From positions 1-64,000 of the forward strand of contig JBJOKS010000017.1 in the NCBI GenBank assembly GCA_046045965.1: 64,000 nucleotides of DNA, in the 5' to 3' direction. This DNA comes from Cyanobacteriota bacterium (GTDB lineage Bacteria; Cyanobacteriota; Cyanobacteriia; Cyanobacteriales; Nostocaceae). Both the position numbers and the translations under genes were made by a program. Shown piece after piece: positions 31,332 through 39,794 of this stretch (position 1 is its first letter; each line of letters opens with the position of its first letter). The notes beneath the pieces are model-generated. The model saw only the letters and a list, made by a program, of their open reading frames with translations. It made no database searches and had not been told where the DNA came from.

Positions 31332-32363
31332 ATGTATCGCCAACTTCCTAGTAGCATTGTTGCCAAAGAATTTGGAGAAGTAAATGTTAGTAATAATGGT
31401 CAGGAACTAGAGGTTTTATTTACTATTTTAATGGAACCTCAAGGAGAAGAAGCAGAGGGTTGGCAAACTGGTGTGGCTTTAGATGCTAGTGCATCTATGA
31501 AAGATTTATATGGGCGAAAATTACAGGGGAAAATTCCCCCCGATGTAGTAGTTGATTATGAGGCAAAAGGATGGGTAGAATCTAAAGTTGAAGAAGGTAG
31601 AAAAGTTAACGTATTTCAGAAACAAGCATACGAAGATGCCATAGAACAAGGGTATGTTAAAACTACTCCTAATATTGTGCAACCTTTAGCTCAACAATTC
31701 ACATCTTATTTAGCAGAAAATCTTGATGCTAATGGTGGTACAACTGTTATTTATTGGGCTGCTGGTTCTGGTTCTGATCTTGAAGTTTTAGGTGATTTTA
31801 CAGCTAGTGAATGTTCTACTTTGGATGTCACTGGTCCTAAAACTGTGAACTTTGGTATTAGTACCATACTTGCACCTGCGGTCAAATATTTTGTTGAGAG
31901 ATTTGTAGATGCAAAACGGGGAATGTTTATTTTTATCACCGATGGACGCATTTATGATTTAGATAGAGTCAAAAAATACACTATACAGTTAGCTCAAGAT
32001 ATTGCATCTGGTCAGCATAACCCTGTAAAATGCGTTTTGATTGGAGTAGGAGAAGCAATAGATCAAAAACAATTAGAAGAATTAGACGACTTAGATACAG
32101 GGACTGATGTTGATATTTGGGATTACAAAATTGCCCAAGAAATGGCTTCTTTAGTGCAAATCTTTGCTGAGGTTGTTGATGAAAATCAGATAGTAGCACC
32201 TACAGGTACTATTTATGATTCATCTGACAATATCATCAAAAAATATACAGATGGAATGCCAGCTAAAGTATCTATTTCTTTACCTCTGAATTGTGAATGG
32301 TTTGAATTAGAAGTTTATGGGCAAAGAATTCGCCAACCTGTGATTTTCCAAAATAAATCATGA
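31332..32363 (+). CDS. vWA (MIDAS) domain protein 2, paralog of the preceding gene
   Basis: ALDASAS, FITDG, LIGVG; shares FGEVNV, PN(I/V)VxP, IYWA, ELDD, D(I/L)WD with gene 1. Confidence 0.85.
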   Translation: MYRQLPSSIVAKEFGEVNVSNNGQELEVLFTILMEPQGEEAEGWQTGVALDASASMKDLYGRKLQGKIPPDVVVDYEAKGWVESKVEEGRKVNVFQKQAYEDAIEQGYVKTTPNIVQPLAQQFTSYLAENLDANGGTTVIYWAAGSGSDLEVLGDFTASECSTLDVTGPKTVNFGISTILAPAVKYFVERFVDAKRGMFIFITDGRIYDLDRVKKYTIQLAQDIASGQHNPVKCVLIGVGEAIDQKQLEELDDLDTGTDVDIWDYKIAQEMASLVQIFAEVVDENQIVAPTGTIYDSSDNIIKKYTDGMPAKVSISLPLNCEWFELEVYGQRIRQPVIFQNKS

Positions 32364-32396
32364 GCATTGAAATAACATAAAAATCACAGAAATAAA

Positions 32397-32897
32397 GTGA
32401 ATCAAAATAATCAAGTAGTCATATCTATTTCTACCTTAGAAAACGAAATTCATCAACTAATTAATCAACAACGACAAAAACATGGACTAATCTTATTATC
32501 CTTTGATGTAACTTTAGCAAATATCGCTAGAAAACATAGTCAAGATATGCTCAAGAGAAATTTTTTCAGTCATCAAAATCCAGAAGGGAAAAGTCCCACA
32601 GATAGGGGTAAAATAGTGGGATTTAATTGTCATAAAAACTATGGCAGTTATTACACCGAAGGTATTGCGGAAAATATCTTTAAAAGCCATTTATACAACT
32701 CTATCACTTACTATAATGGCGTTCCTGATTATCATTGGATGAGTCAAAACGAAATCGCTCAATCTGCTGTTAATGGTTGGATGAATAGCTCAGGACACAG
32801 AAAAAATATCCTCACTAAAACCTATGATATTGAAGGAATAGGTGTGGCAGTTTCTTTAGAAATTAAGGAGATTTATATAACTCAAAACTTTTGTTAA
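32397..32897 (+). CDS. CAP/SCP domain protein
   Basis: INQQR, ARKHSQDM, FFSH, AENI, WMNSSGHRKNIL, TQNF. Confidence 0.9.
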   Translation: MNQNNQVVISISTLENEIHQLINQQRQKHGLILLSFDVTLANIARKHSQDMLKRNFFSHQNPEGKSPTDRGKIVGFNCHKNYGSYYTEGIAENIFKSHLYNSITYYNGVPDYHWMSQNEIAQSAVNGWMNSSGHRKNILTKTYDIEGIGVAVSLEIKEIYITQNFC

Positions 32898-32946
32898 TTT
32901 CCCAATTTTCAGAAATTAAACTATTTTATTTAGGAGTTGAAAATTT

Positions 32947-33585
32947 ATGTCTCGTCGTTTACCTGTTTATCTTGTTTTAGATTGTTCTGGTTCAATGTCT
33001 GGAGATCCTATTCAAGCAGTGAACCAAGGAGTAAAAGCACTTGTAGCCGAACTCAGAAGCGAACCCTACGCCATAGAAACAGCCTATTTATCAGTAATTA
33101 CTTTTGAAAGTACCGCTCAACAAGTTTGTCCATTAACAGAACTTTTGACTTTCCAAGAACCGACTTTAGTTGCTGGTGGTGCTACCTCAATGGGTGCTGC
33201 ACTCAAACTTTTATCAAAGTGTTTTGATCAAGAAGTTAAAAAAGCAGGTGAAACACAAAAAGGAGATTGGAAACCTTTAGTATTTTTAATGACAGATGGA
33301 ATGCCAACTGATACTTGGGAAAAAGCTGCTGAAGAATTGAAAAAGAAAAAACCAGCTAATATTATTGCTTGTGCTGCGGGTGCAGGTGCTGACGAGTATA
33401 GTTTGAAGAAAATTACTGAGATAGTTGTAAAATTAAATAATTTACAACCCGATGATCTCAAAGCTTATTTTAAATGGGTTTCCCAGTCAATTAAACAAAC
33501 ATCTCAAAGTGTGGCTCAAGTAATGGCAGATGATCAACCTATTACTTTACCTCCACCACCTCCAGGAATTACAATTATCCCTTAA
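32947..33585 (+). CDS. terY: TerY-type vWA protein
   Basis: RRLPVYLVLDCSGSMSG, DWKPLVFLMTDG, FKWVS, C-terminal LPPPPP. Confidence 0.9.
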   Translation: MSRRLPVYLVLDCSGSMSGDPIQAVNQGVKALVAELRSEPYAIETAYLSVITFESTAQQVCPLTELLTFQEPTLVAGGATSMGAALKLLSKCFDQEVKKAGETQKGDWKPLVFLMTDGMPTDTWEKAAEELKKKKPANIIACAAGAGADEYSLKKITEIVVKLNNLQPDDLKAYFKWVSQSIKQTSQSVAQVMADDQPITLPPPPPGITIIP

Positions 33586-33771
33586 TTCATCTGATTGCAC
33601 CCTCATGGGTGCTGTTGAAAATTGGTTTAATTTTTTCATATCATATATTTTAGGCTTTTGATTACGATCAGTAATAAATTATTCAATCAGCATAAAGTTA
33701 CGTTAGTTCATGATTGCTAATCATGTGTTTGCAAGCTAGATAATTTAAACAACGGAAGGTAGTTAATTGTT

Positions 33772-35604
33772 ATGCCAGAATCAGAAAAAGAGTTACAAGA
33801 ATTAATTCAACTTTTTGGGTGGAAACTTTACCTTGAGCCACCATCGGATGAGTTTAAAAGTAAATGGGAAAATTTTATTCAAGATCAAAAAAATCAAGAT
33901 TTAGTTTTAAAAATATGTGATTCTCTTGGGGATCTAGCCAAACAATCTTTTATTAATAGGTTTGGTGTTGATGTTCAAAAATCAGCAACAGCCACATCTA
34001 ATCACTTGGAAATATCGAAAATTAATGATTTATGGACTGAATTTTTAGAGTGGTTAATGACTGATTCAAAGCTTCCTAGATCAGAAGAAGAAAGTAAATT
34101 ACAAACTAAAAAATTATGGTGGCAGTCTATTTTAAAGCAAGAATTAAAACCTAAAGTATCAGCCATTATTGCTGAAGTCATCAAGAGTCATTTGGAACAT
34201 GAAAACAGAAAAACAGAATTACTAAAAAGTATAGAAACTAGACCACAAATTAAACCTCCTAGTGAACCCATTGCTACATGGAAACCCAAACAGGAACAAC
34301 AGGAACAACCCGTAACATCTACAATTGAAACTCCCAAAAATGATGTAAAAGTCACTGAGAAGAAAATTCCAGAAAAAACCACAGCAGAAGTTAACCCATC
34401 AATAGGAATTTGGAAATATCTTCCCATACCAGAAAATGAACCTGATAAATATGATGAATATATTTCTAAATCGGGAAAATCACCAGAAGGATTAAACTTA
34501 ATTGGTGCAAGAGTGCGCGGAAAAATGCACAAACATAATGGAACTAATTGTGATGATTGGTTTGAGTCTGCTGTCAGTGGTAAATGGACAATAATTGCAG
34601 TGTCAGATGGTGCTGGTTCTAAAAAATTATCTCGCATTGGTGCAAAAGAGTCCTGTCAAGCAGCAGTAAAATATCTGGCTGATACTCTTGAAATTTACCA
34701 GATAAAAGAGGGTATTACACACGCAGAATTATCTACAGGAGCAGATATAGATACTATTAAAAATATCCTACATAAAGCTATGAAAAAAGCTTATGATGCT
34801 GTAGAGAATAAGGCTAATGCTTGCAGAAATCTTGTACCTTACTATAAAGTTCTCGATAACAGAGAAGCGGAAATTAAAGACTTTTCTGCCACACTCCTTC
34901 TAGCAGTGCATACAACTATCAAAGTAGAAGACAATAACTACAATTTAATTCTCACTTGTCAAGTCGGTGATGGGATGTTAGCTGCTATTTCTCAAGCTGG
35001 AACATTAAAATTATTAGGTAACCCAGATAGTGGAGATTATGCAGGTCAAACTGATTTTCTTACCTCTAAAAATAAACTAGAAACCAGCAATTTAAACCAG
35101 AAAACCTTTCATTTTTTAGGAAATCTTAAATGTTTAATGCTAATGACTGATGGTGTGGCTGATAACTACTTTCCTAATGATCCAGGAATGTTAGAACTCT
35201 ATGGAGATTTAGTTTTAAATAAAATTATCAATATTTCTCAACCTAACGAATCGGAAATTGTTGATCAACTCAGAATAACTCCTTTAGGAAGTATTAGTGG
35301 TATTAGAGATGTAAAAAACAATTTTCAATCAACAGTAGAAAGAATTATTGGACCTCATCAAGAAAATGAACCTAAAAATATTATAATTTCTTCTGTGGCT
35401 GATTATGCCAAAGAATTAAATAAATCTGTTGCTGAAGTTGTCGCTTCACCACCACTTTTAGCTGCTGGTATTATGGATGAGCCAATGTGTGAACAATGTC
35501 AGAATATGTCACCAGCAGAAAAGTTATTGATTTGGCTTGATTCTTATTATCAAAAAGGCTCATTTGACGATCGCACTTTAGTAGTTCTCTATCAGGAAGT
35601 TTAA
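33772..35604 (+). CDS. PP2C-family phosphatase (YegK/PphC-like) with long N-terminal extension
   Basis: RGKMH...CDD, VSDGAGS, VGDG, MTDGV, FDDRT. Confidence 0.88.
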   Translation: MPESEKELQELIQLFGWKLYLEPPSDEFKSKWENFIQDQKNQDLVLKICDSLGDLAKQSFINRFGVDVQKSATATSNHLEISKINDLWTEFLEWLMTDSKLPRSEEESKLQTKKLWWQSILKQELKPKVSAIIAEVIKSHLEHENRKTELLKSIETRPQIKPPSEPIATWKPKQEQQEQPVTSTIETPKNDVKVTEKKIPEKTTAEVNPSIGIWKYLPIPENEPDKYDEYISKSGKSPEGLNLIGARVRGKMHKHNGTNCDDWFESAVSGKWTIIAVSDGAGSKKLSRIGAKESCQAAVKYLADTLEIYQIKEGITHAELSTGADIDTIKNILHKAMKKAYDAVENKANACRNLVPYYKVLDNREAEIKDFSATLLLAVHTTIKVEDNNYNLILTCQVGDGMLAAISQAGTLKLLGNPDSGDYAGQTDFLTSKNKLETSNLNQKTFHFLGNLKCLMLMTDGVADNYFPNDPGMLELYGDLVLNKIINISQPNESEIVDQLRITPLGSISGIRDVKNNFQSTVERIIGPHQENEPKNIIISSVADYAKELNKSVAEVVASPPLLAAGIMDEPMCEQCQNMSPAEKLLIWLDSYYQKGSFDDRTLVVLYQEV

Positions 35605-35606
35605 TC

Positions 35607-37040
35607 ATGGAAACAGCAATCCTCGCAGATGGTAGCACTATTGAATATCTGCCAGATATGATCGGTGAAGGAGCAATGAAACAAGTTTACTTTACTGCTG
35701 ATAAATCATCAGTAATTTGTTTCTACAAAGATCAAGATGCTGGTTCAGATATGAATCGTATGCAACGATTAGAGAAAATATTAGGTGCTTTTAATCCCAC
35801 AATTGATAAAACTGGTGAATACTTTAAACAACTATTTTGCTGGCCTACAGGTATAGTTGTGAAACCACAATTAGGAATTATTACCCCTACTTATCCAGGT
35901 AATTACTTTTTTGAAACAGGCTTTTTAACAGGTAAAGAAAAAGAAAGTACATGGTTTGTGAGAGCAAAACCACGATCCCTATTACCTCCAACTGAAACAG
36001 GTAATTGGATTAATTATTTCAAGATTTGTATTCTTTTAGCACGTTCAGTCAGACGTTTACATCAAGCAGGTTTAGCTCATTCTGATTTATCAAATAAAAA
36101 TGTATTAATTGACCCTATTTCTGGACAATGTATTGTCATTGATATTGATTCTTTAGTTGTTCCTGGTTTATTCCCTCCCGATGTTTTAGGAACAAGAGGA
36201 TACATAGCGCCAGAAGTTTTAGCTACCATTAATTTACCACTTACAGACCCTAAACGCCAACATCCTTCAGCTACTACCGACCAACACGCTTTAGCTGTTT
36301 TGATTTATCAATATTTATTAGGAAGACATCCCCTAGAAGGACCAAAAACCTATCCCGCAGCTTCAGCAGAAGAACAAGAACGTTTAGAAATGGGATTGAA
36401 AGCATTATTTATTGAAAACCCCAACGATTCATCTAATAAACCTCCAGATTTACACATCCCATTTACAGCTTTAGGACCTCATTTGAGTAATCTATTTCAA
36501 CGAGCATTTATTAAAGGTTTACACTCAGTAAATGAACGTCCAGCAGCTATTGAATGGGAACGCGCACTAATTAAAACCTGGGATTTGCTTCACCCATGTC
36601 ACAATTCTTATTGTCATAGTCATTGGTTTATTTTACATGACACCTCTAACGTAAAATGTCCTTTTTGTGGTTCTAAACCTAAAGGAACTATACCTATTTT
36701 GCGTTTACGTTCTGAACGTCGTCCTGGTCAGTGGACATTAGATACACAATTAGTTATTTACCACAATATTTATTTGTTTAAATGGCACGCTTTTAGTAAT
36801 ATCTTTCCTGGTGAAGAAGTTGATAAAACGCCTCAAGCATATTGTGTTTTTCATGAGGGGAAATGGTTATTAATCAATCAAAATTTAACTTCTCTTACTT
36901 CTCCTAGTGGTAATCAAGTTGCACCTAGTCCCAAACCAGGACAACCAGGACAAGCTATTGAGTTAAAGGATGGAATTTCATTCCGACTTTCTCAAGATCC
37001 TTATGGAAGAATGGTAGAAGTACAAATACTAAAACTATAA
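35607..37040 (+). CDS. Ser/Thr kinase (YegI-like) with Cys cluster and FHA-like tail
   Basis: GEGAMK, HSDLSNKNVL, DIDS, GTRGYIAPE, HPL, RP; CxxxxC...CPFCG. Confidence 0.85.
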   Translation: METAILADGSTIEYLPDMIGEGAMKQVYFTADKSSVICFYKDQDAGSDMNRMQRLEKILGAFNPTIDKTGEYFKQLFCWPTGIVVKPQLGIITPTYPGNYFFETGFLTGKEKESTWFVRAKPRSLLPPTETGNWINYFKICILLARSVRRLHQAGLAHSDLSNKNVLIDPISGQCIVIDIDSLVVPGLFPPDVLGTRGYIAPEVLATINLPLTDPKRQHPSATTDQHALAVLIYQYLLGRHPLEGPKTYPAASAEEQERLEMGLKALFIENPNDSSNKPPDLHIPFTALGPHLSNLFQRAFIKGLHSVNERPAAIEWERALIKTWDLLHPCHNSYCHSHWFILHDTSNVKCPFCGSKPKGTIPILRLRSERRPGQWTLDTQLVIYHNIYLFKWHAFSNIFPGEEVDKTPQAYCVFHEGKWLLINQNLTSLTSPSGNQVAPSPKPGQPGQAIELKDGISFRLSQDPYGRMVEVQILKL

Positions 37041-37051
37041 CTAAAAAACTC

Positions 37052-38548
37052 ATGTTTGAAATTTTAGAACAATTAAAACAATGGCTAAGTCAGTCTAATA
37101 AGACTAATGACAATCAAAATATTAAAGACAATCAAAATCAGGTTGTTGAATCTCAAAGCACAAAGCTAGAAAATAATCAGATTACTACTAATGAACAACC
37201 AGAAAACATAGAGCAATCAATTCTCGAAACTTCTAATTCTACTAGCATTGAAAAATTTCAAAAAATAGAAACTCCAATTAACACACTTACTTATCAATCT
37301 GTACCAAAGACTTTACAAGATCAACTAAATGAACTACAAGCAAATGCTACATTATCATTATGGCCTCCTAATGGCGAATACACCGGACCAATTATCATTA
37401 ATCATCCTGTAGTCTTAGATGGAAAAGGAGCGACTATTTGGGCTACTCAAGGTCCCGTTTTTTCTATTTTATCTGATCAAGTTAGTCTTTGTAATCTCAG
37501 AATTGAAGTCACAGGAGAAATGGAAGTTGGCAATTCTGAAAATAATTGTGCCATTCTGGTGAAGTCGGGAAAAAATATAAACTTGGAAATAAACTTGGAA
37601 AATATTGAAGTACGAGGTTCAGTCATGGGATTATCTGAAGAAGAAGGTGAATGGCAATATCCATCTACACTAAATATAGGACGAATTGCTCACGGTCAAG
37701 AATATAATTTCCGGTGGCGGATTATTGTTCCTGTTGACTGTAAAATTGTTTCAGAAATATCAGGAATTGAATTTAATCCTCACAAGCTCAATCCTGGAAC
37801 AAATGAAATTAATATTCATGTAGAAAGGCTACCACAAGATACTTTGATTAATGGCAGTATTTATTTAGTTTCTGCTAATTTTAAAAGACGTATTTCTATA
37901 ACTGCTCACATTGTTTCATTACCAGATCAAGATACTTTTATAATTGATAATGATGTGATTTGGGAAGCAGAAACTTGGGCAACTTTTTCTAAATCAGCAA
38001 TCAAAGAAAATGTAATTAATATACCTGAAAAAACAACACAAGTTGAACAAATACCAATCGAACAAGAAGTAGTAATTAATCAAACTTGTGAAAAATTAGC
38101 ACCTTTGCCAAAACCTGATTCTATTCATACAGAAAACAATAATGAAGTTGCAAGTAAGTCTAGAACTTACCGAGAAGTTAAGCCACATAAAATTTTTGAA
38201 TCCGAATCACAAAAGTTAAATAAACAACAATCAAAAATAGAAAATTCTGACTCTTCCACAAAGTCAGCATCTGTTAATCCTCTATTTCAAACTTTCAAAA
38301 ATAATCAGTCAGAAATTGAAAATGATCATCTTCCTGCTTCATCTCAGGAAAGTAGTTCATCTGTTATCAATCCTATTTTTCAAAAAAATTCTCCTTTTAG
38401 TCAACCCATAAACCCGGATCAGGTTAGTGAAAAAAGCTCATCTCAAAAAAGCGATTCTCAAACTAATTCCCAAGCGAAAAAAAGAACACAAGCTAGACCT
38501 AATAATATTTTTCTAGATGGTGTCAATAAAAAAGACCATCAAGAATAG
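37052..38548 (+). CDS. Hypothetical protein: beta-helix-like and Ig-like core with low-complexity termini
   Basis: GEYTGPIIINHPVVLDGKGATI resembles pectin-lyase/NosD starts; N/Q/S-rich ends; 11 bp after the kinase. Confidence 0.6.
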   Translation: MFEILEQLKQWLSQSNKTNDNQNIKDNQNQVVESQSTKLENNQITTNEQPENIEQSILETSNSTSIEKFQKIETPINTLTYQSVPKTLQDQLNELQANATLSLWPPNGEYTGPIIINHPVVLDGKGATIWATQGPVFSILSDQVSLCNLRIEVTGEMEVGNSENNCAILVKSGKNINLEINLENIEVRGSVMGLSEEEGEWQYPSTLNIGRIAHGQEYNFRWRIIVPVDCKIVSEISGIEFNPHKLNPGTNEINIHVERLPQDTLINGSIYLVSANFKRRISITAHIVSLPDQDTFIIDNDVIWEAETWATFSKSAIKENVINIPEKTTQVEQIPIEQEVVINQTCEKLAPLPKPDSIHTENNNEVASKSRTYREVKPHKIFESESQKLNKQQSKIENSDSSTKSASVNPLFQTFKNNQSEIENDHLPASSQESSSSVINPIFQKNSPFSQPINPDQVSEKSSSQKSDSQTNSQAKKRTQARPNNIFLDGVNKKDHQE

Positions 38549-38689
38549 TTGTCATTCATGTTAAAAAAGGGTATTCAAGGATGAGCATATACAATAAATA
38601 ATCCTTGATACTCTTAAAAATCAAAAACTTCTTCAAAAAAACCTAAAAAATCCTGTTGAAAAATTCCCCAACTAAACAGATTTGAATAA

Positions 38690-39589
38690 TTATAATTTAC
38701 TCATAAATTTATTAATTCTCTTAAAAACCTGCTCTAATAAATCAGGATGTTCAATATTAAAAGATTCAATATTAGGAGCTTGTCTAAACCAAGTTCGTTG
38801 ACGTTTAGCAAACTGTCTAGTATGCAAAGCAATTAAATCAGTAGCTTCATCTAAAGAAATTTCATTAGCTAAATATTGTTTGATTTCTTGATATCCCAAA
38901 GTATTCAATAATGGCAAATCAGCACTATATTTTTGACACAAATATTCAACTTCAGCCACTAAACCATCTGCTATCATTTGTTCAGTACGTTTACGAATTC
39001 TGATATCTAAATGTTTCGGTTCACAATCTAAACAAATTTGTAAAATGGGATAATTGGGTGGGTTTTCTCCTTGTTGTTCAGACATTGGGCATCCAGTGAC
39101 ATAATATACTTCTAATGCTCTTAAAGTCCGGACTAAATCATGAGCATGAATTTTTTGAGCAGCAATAGGATCAATTTGTTGCAACATCGGGTAAAGTTGA
39201 TGTTGACCTAAAGATTCTAATTGCGATCGCAATTCTGGTTGTGGTGAAACTCTGGGAATTTTCATCCCTTGTACAATAGAGCGTATATATAAACCAGTTC
39301 CACCAACCAAAAACAATGGGGAAACACCAAGACTAGCAATTAAAGCTTGTGCTTGTTCCTGGTAATCTGCTACTGTCATTGTTTGCGTTGGTTCACAAAT
39401 ATCAATTAGATGATGTGGTACTAATTTTTGTTCTGCCAAAGTCGGTTTAGCGGTTCCAATGTCAAACTCACGGTATACTTGACGAGAATCGGCACTCAAA
39501 ATTACAGAATTCAACCGTCTTGCTAAACTCAAAGCTAAACCAGACTTTCCCGTTGCTGTCGCTCCACAAATCACAATTAATTTAGTCAT
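38690..39589 (-). CDS. miaA: tRNA dimethylallyltransferase
   Basis: GATATGKS, SADSRQVY, VGGTGLY, FAKRQRTW. Confidence 0.97.
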   Translation of the reverse strand: MTKLIVICGATATGKSGLALSLARRLNSVILSADSRQVYREFDIGTAKPTLAEQKLVPHHLIDICEPTQTMTVADYQEQAQALIASLGVSPLFLVGGTGLYIRSIVQGMKIPRVSPQPELRSQLESLGQHQLYPMLQQIDPIAAQKIHAHDLVRTLRALEVYYVTGCPMSEQQGENPPNYPILQICLDCEPKHLDIRIRKRTEQMIADGLVAEVEYLCQKYSADLPLLNTLGYQEIKQYLANEISLDEATDLIALHTRQFAKRQRTWFRQAPNIESFNIEHPDLLEQVFKRINKFMSKL

Positions 39590-39794
39590 GAGTCGCTTTG
39601 CTCCAATTAAAAATTAAAAATTAAAAATTAAAAATTTCAGATTGACGTTATTTTTAAAGGGTTGCAATTACTTGATAAACTTCTCATGAAATCGCTCTAG
39701 ATTACGCAGTAAGGCTTTTGTGTTATAATTTTGGGGTGATTTGACTTTTTTAGTTTTTTTTGCAAGTTCAAACCCAGATATCAGGAGAATTTTC

